DNA of 64,000 nt from Candidatus Omnitrophota bacterium (lineage in GTDB: Bacteria; Omnitrophota; Gorgyraeia; Pluralincolimonadales; Pluralincolimonadaceae). Below the pieces are notes generated by a model that was given only the letters and a program-made list of their open reading frames with translations, searched no databases and had not been told where the DNA came from. Made by a program: the position numbers and the translations under genes. The stretch lies in NCBI GenBank assembly GCA_003141835.1, contig PLNR01000011.1, positions 14,049 through 78,048 of the forward strand, in the 5' to 3' direction. Shown here piece after piece: positions 8,373 through 17,765 of the stretch (its first letter is position 1; every line of letters starts with the position of its first letter).

Positions 8373-11162
8373 TTAGGTAAGCACTTTGGCCAGGTAACTG
8401 CCGGTATAGGATCTCTTGTTCCTGGCGACCTCTTCCGGGCTGCCTGCGGCGATAACTTTCCCTCCCTCATCGCCGCCCTCAGGCCCGAGGTCTATTATAT
8501 GGTCCGCGGTCTTGACCACATCGAGGTTATGCTCTATGACCAGGACCGTGTTGCCCTGGTCTACGAGGGCGTGCAGCACTTTGAGGAGCTTATCGACATC
8601 CGCGAAATGCAGGCCGGTCGTCGGCTCGTCCAGGATATAGAGTGTCCTCCCGGTCGAGCGTTTCGAGAGTTCGGTAGCGAGCTTTACCCTCTGCGCCTCG
8701 CCGCCTGAGAGCGTCGTCGCGGACTGGCCGAGCTCCATGTAGCCGAGGCCTACGTCGTTCAATACCTGCAGCTTCTCCCTTATCCTCGGGATATTTGTAA
8801 ATACGGGAAGGGCGTCTTCGACCGTCATTTTAAGGACGTCGTTGATAGAATGCCCTTTATACAGCACCTCGAGCGTCTGCTGGTTGAACCTCGCGCCTTT
8901 GCACACCTCGCAGGTGACATATACATCAGGCAGGAAATGCATCTCGACTTTTATCACGCCGTCGCCCTGGCACGCCTCGCACCTGCCGCCTTTAACGTTA
9001 AAACTGAACCTGCCGGGCCTGTATCCCCTCAATTTCGCCTCCGGAAGCCGGCTGAAGAGGTCGCGGATAGGCGAGAACATACCGGTATAAGTCGCGGGGT
9101 TAGAACGCGGCGTCCTGCCGATAGGCGACTGGTCGATTACTATTACTTTATCTATATTCTCGGTCCCTGTTATCCTGTCGAAATCCCCGGGCCTCTCTTT
9201 CGCCCTGTAGAATTTCTGCGCCAGGGACCTGTAAAGTATCTCGTCTATAAGTGTGGACTTGCCTGATCCGGATACGCCGGTGATGCATACGAACACGCCG
9301 AGCGGGATAGTGACATCTATATTTTTCAGGTTATGCTCGCGCGCGCCTTTTATCTCCAGTGACCTCCCTGCTTGCGGTTCCCTCCTGTTTATTTTCGGCT
9401 CGATCCTCAATTCGTTTTTCAGGTATTTCGCGGTAAGGGAATCTTTGCATTTTAAGAATTCTTTCAACTCACCCGCGCAGACGACCTTTCCGCCGTGCTT
9501 TCCCGCGCCGGGCCCGAGGTCGACGATGTAATCCGCGCTCCTTATCGTCGCCTCATCATGTTCCACGACGATAAGTGTGTTGCCTAAGTCCCTCAGCGAC
9601 TTGAGGCTTTCGAGCAATTTTGCGTTATCGCGCTGGTGGAGCCCGATCGACGGCTCATCGAGGACATAGACGACGCCGACCAGGCCTGAGCCTATCTGCG
9701 TGGCGAGCCGTATCCGCTGGGATTCGCCGCCGGAGAGAGTGCCGCTTGCCCTGTCCAGGGTAAGGTAATCGAGCCCGACATCGGCCATGAACTTGAGCCT
9801 CGAGAGGATCTCTTTCAGCGACTGGCGCGCTATCATCGCCTCTTTATCGCTGAGATCAAGGCCCGAAAAGAACCCTCTCGCCTCTTTTACCGACAACGCA
9901 GTCACTTCGTTTATGGCTTTCTCTCCGATTTTGAAAGCCAGCGATTCGGGCCTGAGCCTCGCGCCGGCGCATTTCGGGCACGGCAGGACCGACATATATT
10001 TGTTTATCTCTTCCTTCAGGAATTCGGAGTCGGTCTCGCGGAAGAGCCTCTCGAGCTGGGGGATGACGCCCTCGAATTTCCTGCCCCATACCTCGATATC
10101 CGCGCCGTAGAGGATCATCTTCCGGATATTTTTATTCAGTTTATTGAAAGGGGTATCCAGGTCGAAATGGTAATGGTCCGCTACCTCCCTTAAAACGCCG
10201 CGGTAATATAACAGGTAACCCCGCCCACCCCGCTTCCAAGCCTCGATAGATTCCAGGACGGGCTTTGACTTATCGGGTATCACAAGGTCGGCGTCTATCT
10301 CCAGTTTCGTCCCGAGTCCGTTGCAGACCGGGCATGCGCCGTACGGCGAATTGAACGAGAACGAGCGGGGCGACGGCTCTTCATAGCTTATCCCGCAATC
10401 GACGCACGCGTAAAGCTCGCTGTAGAACCGGTCCTTCCTGCCGTCGTTTATTATTACCACTCCGCTTCCCGCCTTAAGCGCCGTCTCTATCGAATCCGCG
10501 AGCCTTCTTTTGGAATCGGACTTTATGACGAGCCTGTCGACGATGATCTCGATGGAATGCTTTTTGTCTTTCTCTAATTTTATCTCATTCTCCAGCTCAG
10601 CGACTTTTCCGTCGACCCTTACGCGGGTATAGCCTTCCTTCTTTATCTCCTTGAAAAGTTCCTTATATTCCCCTTTCCTCCCCGCGATCTTCGGCGCCAA
10701 TATACTGACCTGGGCCCCGGCCGGCATCCTGGATATCTGGTCGACTATCTCCTGCGACGACTGCCTCGTTATCTTCTTACCGCAGCTATAACAGTAGGCC
10801 GTCCCTATGCGCGCGAAGAGGACCCTTAAATAGTCGTATATCTCTGTGGTCGTGGCCACGGTTGAACGCGGGTTCGAGCCTGCGGTCTTCTGTTCTATCG
10901 ATATCGCCGGGGACATTCCCTCGATGTTATCGCAATCCGGTTTTTGCAGTTGTTCGAGGAATTGCCGGGCATAAGCCGACAGGCTGTCGATATACCTCCT
11001 CTGCCCTTCGGCATAGATGGTATCGAAAGCCAGCGAGGATTTGCCCGATCCGGACAGGCCGGTAAATACTATGAGTTTTCCCCTCGGCAATTTCAGGGAG
11101 ACATTTTTAAGGTTGTGGACCCTCGCGCCCTGTATATGTATATATCCTTTATCCATATCCAT
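8373..11162 (-). CDS. uvrA: excinuclease ABC subunit A
   Basis: 929 aa. It has two ABC ATPase modules ([34 protein letters not shown]) and zinc-finger Cys clusters. The true start is probably the second ATG (MDKGY, 11156), preceded by AGGA. Confidence 0.95.
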   Translation of the reverse strand: MDMDKGYIHIQGARVHNLKNVSLKLPRGKLIVFTGLSGSGKSSLAFDTIYAEGQRRYIDSLSAYARQFLEQLQKPDCDNIEGMSPAISIEQKTAGSNPRSTVATTTEIYDYLRVLFARIGTAYCYSCGKKITRQSSQEIVDQISRMPAGAQVSILAPKIAGRKGEYKELFKEIKKEGYTRVRVDGKVAELENEIKLEKDKKHSIEIIVDRLVIKSDSKRRLADSIETALKAGSGVVIINDGRKDRFYSELYACVDCGISYEEPSPRSFSFNSPYGACPVCNGLGTKLEIDADLVIPDKSKPVLESIEAWKRGGRGYLLYYRGVLREVADHYHFDLDTPFNKLNKNIRKMILYGADIEVWGRKFEGVIPQLERLFRETDSEFLKEEINKYMSVLPCPKCAGARLRPESLAFKIGEKAINEVTALSVKEARGFFSGLDLSDKEAMIARQSLKEILSRLKFMADVGLDYLTLDRASGTLSGGESQRIRLATQIGSGLVGVVYVLDEPSIGLHQRDNAKLLESLKSLRDLGNTLIVVEHDEATIRSADYIVDLGPGAGKHGGKVVCAGELKEFLKCKDSLTAKYLKNELRIEPKINRREPQAGRSLEIKGAREHNLKNIDVTIPLGVFVCITGVSGSGKSTLIDEILYRSLAQKFYRAKERPGDFDRITGTENIDKVIVIDQSPIGRTPRSNPATYTGMFSPIRDLFSRLPEAKLRGYRPGRFSFNVKGGRCEACQGDGVIKVEMHFLPDVYVTCEVCKGARFNQQTLEVLYKGHSINDVLKMTVEDALPVFTNIPRIREKLQVLNDVGLGYMELGQSATTLSGGEAQRVKLATELSKRSTGRTLYILDEPTTGLHFADVDKLLKVLHALVDQGNTVLVIEHNLDVVKTADHIIDLGPEGGDEGGKVIAAGSPEEVARNKRSYTGSYLAKVLT

Positions 11163-11174
11163 CCTAAGTAGACA

Positions 11175-11217
11175 GGCGGAGTGCCATTTTTCATGATAGA
11201 AAAAATGGGACTCCGCC
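11175..11217 (-). promoter_or_regulatory. 17-bp inverted repeat (hairpin) between the small basic protein gene and uvrA
   Basis: GGCGGAGTGCCATTTTT-catgataga-AAAAATGGGACTCCGCC, with one mismatch. There is no 3' U-tract on the minus-strand transcript, so it is not a canonical intrinsic terminator. Confidence 0.4.
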
Positions 11218-11250
11218 GCCTAAAACAGACTATCCTTTAATTAAAGAAGC

Positions 11251-11478
11251 TTACTTACCGCCTCTCTTCATCTTCGCCTTAGATACATCACCCTGTTTGT
11301 CGATGAAGTAGAGATAACCCTTCTCTCTCTTGATTTTCAGCTTGACGACCTTCTTGGGCGCGCCGCCTTTCTTGCCGCCTCTAGCCATCTTCGCCATCGA
11401 GACATCACCCTGTTTGTCCAGGTAGTAGAGGTAACCCTTCTGTCTCTTTATGCCAGCTTTAGTTACTTTCTGAGCCAT
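11251..11478 (-). CDS. small lysine-rich tandem-repeat protein (75 aa), function unknown
   Basis: The ATG at 11478 is preceded by AAGGGAGGTGA (6 nt spacing). The sequence is MAQKVTKAGIKRQKGYLYYLDKQGDVSMAKMARGGKKGG-APKKVVKLKIKREKGYLYFIDKQGDVSKAKMKRGGK, i.e. two ~33-aa repeats of +xKGYLYfiDKQGDVSxAKM+RGGK. Confidence 0.6.
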   Translation of the reverse strand: MAQKVTKAGIKRQKGYLYYLDKQGDVSMAKMARGGKKGGAPKKVVKLKIKREKGYLYFIDKQGDVSKAKMKRGGK

Positions 11479-11502
11479 GTGCTCACCTCCCTTCTTTAAT
11501 GA

Positions 11503-11543
11503 GGCCATGGTTTATGCCGTATATGAGCATAAACCATATGGCC
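11503..11543 (-). promoter_or_regulatory. 41-bp palindromic element upstream (-25 to -65) of the small basic protein gene and downstream of nadX
   Basis: GGCCATGGTTTATGC-cgtatatga-GCATAAACCATATGGCC. The 11-bp perfect core is ATGGTTTATGC / GCATAAACCAT. Confidence 0.4.
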
Positions 11544-11556
11544 GAATTTATTCCAT

Positions 11557-12366
11557 TTATGTCCCTATCTTGACCTTCCCCAGGATCCCGTCCAGCGTGG
11601 CCATTGCGGAAAGCACCGCCATATAGCTCGTCTTCGGGTTGCCCGGCGAAGGGACGTTCTCTGTCCTTGCGGTAAGCCTTCCGAACGCGCCTTCAGCCTC
11701 TATCTCGTGGATATTCCTTTTTATCGACGGGGAAGCGATGATCTTTACCCTCGTCTTCTCCGGGCCTATGCCGCACAGGCTTAATGTAGCCGCGACGTTT
11801 ATGTTCGCGGGAAAACCTTCCATCGCCTTGAACGCGTTTCCTTCAAAAAGGACCTTATCCGACCTTATCTTTCCCAGGTCGATATTATGTTTAACCACAT
11901 ACGGCGCGCCCCTGAAACCTTCGGGCGGCTTCCTCGTAGTCAGCGTGACTTTTTTTATCCCGGATAACTTCGCGCCCTTAAGGCCGTCGAGCCCGGATAT
12001 CGCGCCGCTCGGCAGGTATACATGAGACCTCTTTTTTTCCGCGAGCCCAAAGAGCGCCTTATAACTTTTAAGCAGGCCTCCGGTGCTCATTACCATGACA
12101 TCCTTGCCCGCTTTCACCGCCCGCTTCGCTATATCTCCGGAGACTTTGGCGGACGCCGCTTCGACGACGAGGTCGACCGAACTTATCAGCGCCGGTATCG
12201 AGGCGATCCTCGGCCTGGACTTCAATGCCGCGGAAAGGCCTTTTGCTTTATTATCATCCACATCAGAAAGAACGGTGACCTTTGCCCTGCCTTTTAATTT
12301 CCTGTCTATATGCGCGGCTATCCTTGAACCGATCGTGCCGCAGCCTATTATGCCTACCTTAAGCAT
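11557..12366 (-). CDS. nadX: L-aspartate dehydrogenase (NadX)
   Basis: The internal ATG at 12366 gives MLKVGIIGCGTIGSRIA (a Rossmann fold). The rest is the DUF108/aspartate-dehydrogenase C-terminal domain. It lies immediately upstream of nadA. The track start at 12432 overlaps nadA. Confidence 0.7.
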   Translation of the reverse strand: MLKVGIIGCGTIGSRIAAHIDRKLKGRAKVTVLSDVDDNKAKGLSAALKSRPRIASIPALISSVDLVVEAASAKVSGDIAKRAVKAGKDVMVMSTGGLLKSYKALFGLAEKKRSHVYLPSGAISGLDGLKGAKLSGIKKVTLTTRKPPEGFRGAPYVVKHNIDLGKIRSDKVLFEGNAFKAMEGFPANINVAATLSLCGIGPEKTRVKIIASPSIKRNIHEIEAEGAFGRLTARTENVPSPGNPKTSYMAVLSAMATLDGILGKVKIGT

Positions 12367-12373
12367 TCCCGGC

Positions 12374-13351
12374 TCAATATCCCGCAGCCGCGGATAACGG
12401 CTTCTCGCCGGATACTTCGAGCATCCTGTCAAGCGACTGCTTCGCTTTCCCCTTGACCTCCTCGGGCACCTCGACCTTATAGACCATATTCTCCAGCGAA
12501 TGCGCCAGCCACCCGAGCGTGGTAAGTTTCATGCTCGGGCATATGAGATGCGAGGTTGCGAGGAAGAACTCCTTGCCCGGGTTCTCTTTCTTCAACCGGT
12601 AGAGCATGCCCGACTCGGTGCCTATGATAAACCTCTTTGATTTGGACCCTTTTATGTATTTGAACATCCCGCCGGTCGAGCATATGTGGTCGGCAAGGGC
12701 GAGGACATCGGGTTCGCATTCAGGGTGGGCTATGAATTCCGCGTCCGGATAACTCTTCCTAACTTCCAATATGTCTTCCTCCTGGACCCTTATATGCGTA
12801 GGGCAGAAACCCTTCCAGAGTATTATCTCCTTGTCCGGGACCTGGCTTTGCACATATTGGCCCAGGTTCCTGTCAGGGATGAATATGACACGTTTATACT
12901 CTTTGAGGGACTTGACTATTTCTACGGCGTTTGAGGAAGTACAGCAGATATCGCTCTCGGCTTTTACGCGCGCCGAGGAATTTACGTAGCAGACGACGGC
13001 CGCGTCCGGATATTGCGCCTTCAGCGCCCGGACCTTCTCCGCCGTTATCATGTCGGCCATCGGGCATCCCGCTTCGATCACCGGCAGTAATACTGTTTTA
13101 TCGGGGTTTAATATAGCCGCGGTCTCGGCCATGAACGTGACGCCGCAAAATACTATGACCTTGGCGTCTGTCCTTACCGCGGCCTGGCTGAGCGCCAGGG
13201 AATCGCCGGTGATATCGGCCAGCTCCTGGACCTCGTCGCGCTGGTAATTGTGCGCGATTATCACGGCGTTGCGCATCTTCTTCAACTGGAGGATCTTATC
13301 CTTGAGCTGCTCGTTGTACGTAGCTTCTTGGTTAGAGAGGTTTTCGGTCAC
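12374..13351 (-). CDS. nadA: quinolinate synthase NadA
   Basis: 325 aa. Conserved NadA blocks are [28 protein letters not shown] and three Cys ligands. Confidence 0.9.
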   Translation of the reverse strand: MTENLSNQEATYNEQLKDKILQLKKMRNAVIIAHNYQRDEVQELADITGDSLALSQAAVRTDAKVIVFCGVTFMAETAAILNPDKTVLLPVIEAGCPMADMITAEKVRALKAQYPDAAVVCYVNSSARVKAESDICCTSSNAVEIVKSLKEYKRVIFIPDRNLGQYVQSQVPDKEIILWKGFCPTHIRVQEEDILEVRKSYPDAEFIAHPECEPDVLALADHICSTGGMFKYIKGSKSKRFIIGTESGMLYRLKKENPGKEFFLATSHLICPSMKLTTLGWLAHSLENMVYKVEVPEEVKGKAKQSLDRMLEVSGEKPLSAAAGY

Positions 13352-13352
13352 T

Positions 13353-13706
13353 TTAGGCTTTCTTTATCCTGTTCTTGTCATCGACAAACACTAACCTGGG
13401 TTTGATCTTACAGGCTTCCTGCTCATCCGCCTGGCAATAAGATATTATTATTACAATGTCTCCCTTGTGGGCCCAGCGCGCCGCCGCGCCGTTCATGCAG
13501 ATCGTGCCGCTTCCCGCTTTTCCGGCCAGCGTGTAAGTCTCGACGCGGGAGCCGTTATTCAGGTTGACGATCTGGACGCGCTCGCCGGGAAGCATATCCG
13601 CGGCCTTAAGCAGTTTTCCGTCTATCGTGATCGAACCGGTGTATTTGAGGTTCGCCTCTGTCACCGTCGCCCCGTGTATCTTTGACTTCAACATCGTCCT
13701 TAACAT
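13353..13706 (-). CDS. panD: aspartate 1-decarboxylase PanD
   Basis: 117 aa. [29 protein letters not shown] contains the Gly24-Ser25 self-processing site context. Confidence 0.9.
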   Translation of the reverse strand: MLRTMLKSKIHGATVTEANLKYTGSITIDGKLLKAADMLPGERVQIVNLNNGSRVETYTLAGKAGSGTICMNGAAARWAHKGDIVIIISYCQADEQEACKIKPRLVFVDDKNRIKKA

Positions 13707-14555
13707 TTATGGTTTAACCTCTATATTATCAATCAACCGTGTACCGCCTATCCAGGCCGCCGTTGCGACCAGGACTTCGCCTTTTATCTTTTTTACGTCT
13801 TTCAGGTCATCCGGGTCTACTATCGAAATGTAATCGATCTTGTCCGCGGCAACCGAAAGCATCTTCCTCATCTCGGACTTTATCTTCGAGGTATCCCTAT
13901 TGCCTGATTTTATCAAATCCCTTGCCAGATGTAAAGCTCGATATACCGTCGGGGCGGCCCTCCTATCGTCGGGAGAAAGGTAGGCATTGCGCGATGACAT
14001 CGCCAATCCGTCCTTTTCCCTGACCGTGGGCATGGCTATTATCCTTATCCCCATATCCAGGTCTTCGGACATGCGCCTTATCACTGCCGCCTGCTGCGCG
14101 TCCTTCCGGCCGAAGTAGGCCGAGTCCGGCCTGACGATATTAAAGAGCTTTGCTACTACCGTCGTCACGCCGCGGAAATGTCCCGGCCTGAACTTCCCGC
14201 AAAGATTCTCGGTAAGCCCTTCTACATTTACATAAGTGGCATAACCCTGCGGGTACATCGCCTTGACCGCCGGGTAAAAGATATAATCGGCGCCTTCTTT
14301 TTTACAGAGGGCCGCGTCTTTGCGCAGGTCCCGGGGATATTCCTTATAATCCTCGTTCAAACCGAACTGCGCCGGGTTCACGAAGATGCTCACGACAACG
14401 GTCTTATTTTCTTTTCGCGCGCGCCTTATAAGCGAAAGGTGCCCCTCGTGTAAAAAACCCATCGTCGGGACGAGCCCGACGGGCCGGACGTTCTTCCTCC
14501 GGCGTCCAAGTTCCTTTTGCAGCTTATTTATCGACTGGATAATTTTCATGTTCAC
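13707..14555 (-). CDS. panC: pantoate--beta-alanine ligase PanC
   Basis: 282 aa. PTMGFLHEGHLSLI is the HIGH-type motif, and the gene is adjacent to panD. Confidence 0.9.
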   Translation of the reverse strand: MNMKIIQSINKLQKELGRRRKNVRPVGLVPTMGFLHEGHLSLIRRARKENKTVVVSIFVNPAQFGLNEDYKEYPRDLRKDAALCKKEGADYIFYPAVKAMYPQGYATYVNVEGLTENLCGKFRPGHFRGVTTVVAKLFNIVRPDSAYFGRKDAQQAAVIRRMSEDLDMGIRIIAMPTVREKDGLAMSSRNAYLSPDDRRAAPTVYRALHLARDLIKSGNRDTSKIKSEMRKMLSVAADKIDYISIVDPDDLKDVKKIKGEVLVATAAWIGGTRLIDNIEVKP

Positions 14556-14949
14556 TTTGGCTGAACTTCGAGGCCGCGTCAGGAGCTATCTCCGCAAGCG
14601 GCCCTAGCATAAAACGCCTCAAATGAAGCTGAGGGTGGGGTATCACAAGGTCCGGCTCATCCATCACTATATCGCCGTACAGGAGTATATCGAGGTCTAT
14701 CTCCCTGGGGCCCCATTTTACTTTTGACGGCGTCCTGCCGACCTTTTTTTCCGTCAGCTTAAGCAGGGCGAGCAACTCATGAGGTGTAAGTTGCGTCAGT
14801 ATCTCGGCAGCCCCGTCAAGGAACTTGCCCTGCGGCGGGCCTCCCACAGGGTCGGTCTCATATAACTTCGAGACCTTTACCACCTCGACCATGCGCGAAT
14901 CCTTGAGCTCTCCTATCGCTTTTTCGATGTTTCCGCGCCTGTCGCCCAA
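14524..14949 (-). CDS. folK: 2-amino-4-hydroxy-6-hydroxymethyldihydropteridine diphosphokinase (HPPK) FolK; start codon unresolved
   Basis: GDRRGNIEKAI...VSKLYETDPVGGPPQ...REIDLDIL is the HPPK signature. The in-frame upstream sequence encodes KVRAFIALGSNL, the canonical HPPK N-terminal strand, but has no ATG/GTG/TTG (see findings). Confidence 0.75.
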   Translation of the reverse strand: MGDRRGNIEKAIGELKDSRMVEVVKVSKLYETDPVGGPPQGKFLDGAAEILTQLTPHELLALLKLTEKKVGRTPSKVKWGPREIDLDILLYGDIVMDEPDLVIPHPQLHLRRFMLGPLAEIAPDAASKFSQSEHENYPVDK

Positions 14950-14975
14950 GTTAGAGCCAAGCGCGATGAACGCCC

Positions 14976-16145
14976 TTACTTTAGGAATTTCTTTATCCTC
15001 TGGACCGCAACCTTTATCCTGTCTTTGGGTACGGTCAGGGCCATGCGTATATAACCTTCACCGTTCCTGCCGAACCCGTTACCCGGCGTGACGATGATAT
15101 CGGCTTTTTCAAGCAAGGCCTTCGCCAGCGAGGCCGAGCTATAACCCGGAAAGGCTTTAGCCCAGACATAGAAAGTCGCCTTCGGCTTCGAGACCTTCCA
15201 ACCGAGCGAATTCAGTCCGTTTACCAGCGAGTCGCGCCGCTCTTTGTATATTTTATTGGCCCTCGCTACCGGTTCCTGAGGGCCTTCGAGCGCGGCGATG
15301 CCGGCCAACTGTACCGCCTGGAATATCCCGGAATCGATGTTAGCTTTTACCTTCGCGAGCCCCTGGATAGCTTTCTTGTTACCGCAGGCCCATCCTATCC
15401 TCCAGCCGGTCATATTATATGTCTTCGAGAGCGAATGGAATTCGATCGCCCTGTCCCTGGCGCCGACCACCTGCAGGATGCTCATCGGGCGGTATTTATC
15501 ATAGCAGACCTCGGAATATGCCGCGTCTGAACAGATGAGGATATTGTTCCTGTGCGCGAAATCGAGGGCTTTCTTGTAGAATTCTTCGTCCGCGACCGCG
15601 CCGGTCGGGTTATTAGGATAATTGACGAACATCATCTTAGCCTTATTCGATACGGACGGGTCTATCCTGTCCAGGTCAGGCAGGAAATCGTTCTCCGCCA
15701 GCAAAGGCATAAGGTAAGGCATGCCGCCGGCGAATATCGTCCCGTTCTTGTAAGGCGGGTAACACGGGTCGGGCACAAGCACGTAATCGCCCGGATTTAT
15801 AAAAGCGAGAGGAATGTGCGCTATCCCCTCTTTCGAGCCGATGAGAGGCAGCACCTCGGTATCGGGGTCGAGTTCGACCTTGAACCTCTTCTTATACCAT
15901 TTCGCTATCGCATGCCTGAGCTGCGGCATCCCTGAATCCAGCGCGTAATGGTGGTTATCCGGCTCAAGCGAAGCCTTGTGAAGGGCCTTTATTATATGGC
16001 CGGGCGTCGGCAGGTCTGGGTCGCCGATGCCGAGATCGATTATATCCCTGCCCTTGGCTTTCGCCTGCCTCTTTGCCTTGTCTATTTCCGCGAAAAGATA
16101 CGGAGGAAGTTTTGCCAACCTCTCGGAAAATTCAAAATCGCTCAT
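14976..16145 (-). CDS. dapL: LL-diaminopimelate aminotransferase (DapL-type PLP aminotransferase)
   Basis: 389 aa. LPPYLFAEIDKAKRQAKAKGRDIIDLGIGDPD and the SLSKTYNMTGWRIG PLP-lysine region match. It is clustered with dapB/dapA. Confidence 0.75.
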   Translation of the reverse strand: MSDFEFSERLAKLPPYLFAEIDKAKRQAKAKGRDIIDLGIGDPDLPTPGHIIKALHKASLEPDNHHYALDSGMPQLRHAIAKWYKKRFKVELDPDTEVLPLIGSKEGIAHIPLAFINPGDYVLVPDPCYPPYKNGTIFAGGMPYLMPLLAENDFLPDLDRIDPSVSNKAKMMFVNYPNNPTGAVADEEFYKKALDFAHRNNILICSDAAYSEVCYDKYRPMSILQVVGARDRAIEFHSLSKTYNMTGWRIGWACGNKKAIQGLAKVKANIDSGIFQAVQLAGIAALEGPQEPVARANKIYKERRDSLVNGLNSLGWKVSKPKATFYVWAKAFPGYSSASLAKALLEKADIIVTPGNGFGRNGEGYIRMALTVPKDRIKVAVQRIKKFLK

Positions 16146-16873
16146 TTGATGTCTCCTAATACGTCCTGCATGTCGTATAATCCCGGCTTTTTGCCGGCGA
16201 TGAATTTCGCTGCGGCTAAAGCGCCCTTAGCGAGTATATCGCGCGTCTTCGCGCTGTGCGAAAGCTCGATCGTGTCATAAGGGCTTTCGAATGTCACCTT
16301 GTGGTCGCCCACTATCTCGCCCTCGCGTATGGACTTTATGTCCGAGACCTCGCGGTTTGAGGCCTCCTTGACTATCTGGGCGAGCTTCTTCGCCGTCCCT
16401 GACGGCGCGTCCTTCTTGTGTATGTGGTGCGCCTCGACTATCGTCACGCCGTAATCCTTCGATAATTTTCCGGCGGCCTCTTTTACCAGGCGGAAAAGCA
16501 GGTTTACGCCCATAGACATATTCGGCGAGAAGACGATGGGTATCTTCTTGGCTGCTTCCCTGATCTTTTTTACCTGCTCTTCGGTTAATCCCGTAGTGCC
16601 GATGACCATGGCTTTCTTATATTTTACGGCGGCGGCAAGATGCTCCATCGTCGCTTCGGGAACGGTAAAATCCATCAGGACGTCGGCGGCCTTTACGTCA
16701 TCGAGCCGGTCCGAGACTTCGCCGTAGGCGAACTTCGAGCCGACAGACGGGTTGCCTTTCGCCTCTAGTCCGAGGATGACCCTAATCCCGGTCTCCTTGG
16801 GGGCCAGCCCGGCGATCCTTGCGCCCATCTTCCCGGCGTAACCGCAAACAGCGACTTTTATCAATTCAGTCAT
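16142..16873 (-). CDS. dapB: 4-hydroxy-tetrahydrodipicolinate reductase DapB
   Basis: 243 aa. It has the KVAVCGYAGKMG Rossmann fold and the EAHHIHKKDAPSGTA catalytic motif. Confidence 0.9.
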   Translation of the reverse strand: MTELIKVAVCGYAGKMGARIAGLAPKETGIRVILGLEAKGNPSVGSKFAYGEVSDRLDDVKAADVLMDFTVPEATMEHLAAAVKYKKAMVIGTTGLTEEQVKKIREAAKKIPIVFSPNMSMGVNLLFRLVKEAAGKLSKDYGVTIVEAHHIHKKDAPSGTAKKLAQIVKEASNREVSDIKSIREGEIVGDHKVTFESPYDTIELSHSAKTRDILAKGALAAAKFIAGKKPGLYDMQDVLGDIK

Positions 16874-16877
16874 TATT

Positions 16878-17747
16878 TTACAAGCCGTATTTTTTCAGAG
16901 CCTCGGCGAGTTTCGCGAGGTTCTCTTCCGACATGTGGCAAAGCGGCAGGCGAAGTTCAGGCTCTATCATCCCCATGAGCTCCATCGCCGTCTTTACCGG
17001 TATCGGGTTCGTCTCTATGAACATAGCTTTCACAAGCGGCAGCAACTTATAATGGAGCTCCTGCGCTCTCTTCATATCACCCTTCTTGAACGCGGCGACC
17101 AGGTCAGCTACATCGCGCGGGACTATGTTCGCGACCACAGATATGACGCCGACGCCTCCTATCGCGAGGATAGGCAGAGTGAGCGCGTCATCGCCCGAGA
17201 TTATCGCGAAGTTCGGCCCGCAGAGATAACGGATCTTCGATATCTGCTCGAGGTTACCGCTCGATTCCTTCACGCCGACTATATTCTTTATTTGGGCAAG
17301 TTTCTGGAACGTCTCCGGCTCTATATTTACCGCGGTGCGCGACTGGATATTGTAAGGGATTATCGGTATCTTGACCGAATCCGCGACCGCCTTGTAATGC
17401 ATATAAAGGCCTCTCTGCGTCGGCTTATTGTAATAAGGCGACAACAGCAGGGCCGCATCCGCTCCGGCCTTTTCGGCGCACTTCGTCAACTCGATCGCCT
17501 CAGCCGTGCTATTCGATCCTGTTCCGGCGATTATGGTGATCCTCTTATTGGCTGCGGCGATCACCACTTCTATCACGCGGTTGTGCTCCTCGTGCGTCAA
17601 CGTCGCCGACTCGCCTGTCGTCCCGCACGGCACTATACCCGAGGTCCCATTCTTTATGTGGAACTCGACCAGCTCCTTTAATTTCGCCTCATCGACTTTC
17701 CCGTTCTTGAACGGCGTCACAAGCGCGACTATCGAGCCTTCGAACAT
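16878..17747 (-). CDS. dapA: 4-hydroxy-tetrahydrodipicolinate synthase DapA
   Basis: 289 aa. Motifs are IVALVTPF, GTTGES, and the Schiff-base Lys region IVGVKESSG. Confidence 0.9.
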   Translation of the reverse strand: MFEGSIVALVTPFKNGKVDEAKLKELVEFHIKNGTSGIVPCGTTGESATLTHEEHNRVIEVVIAAANKRITIIAGTGSNSTAEAIELTKCAEKAGADAALLLSPYYNKPTQRGLYMHYKAVADSVKIPIIPYNIQSRTAVNIEPETFQKLAQIKNIVGVKESSGNLEQISKIRYLCGPNFAIISGDDALTLPILAIGGVGVISVVANIVPRDVADLVAAFKKGDMKRAQELHYKLLPLVKAMFIETNPIPVKTAMELMGMIEPELRLPLCHMSEENLAKLAEALKKYGL

Positions 17748-17765
17748 TCGGTTTGTCCTCCCTAT

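Noticed and set aside
11163-11250. LexA/SOS box upstream of uvrA
   Set aside because: Neither CTGT-N8-ACAG nor CGAAC-N4-GTTCG is present. The only structured element is the 17-bp hairpin, reported as a feature of unknown function.
16935-17681. Long plus-strand ORFs antisense to real genes (e.g. 16935-17681, 19848-20606, 20257-21042, 34980-35708, 37203-38042, 37940-39079, 50911-51807, 60530-61234)
   Set aside because: Their translations are low-complexity and Arg/Pro/Ser-rich, which is typical of shadow frames in GC-rich coding DNA. They have no Shine-Dalgarno sequences and no recognisable domains, and each is fully covered by a well-supported minus-strand gene.
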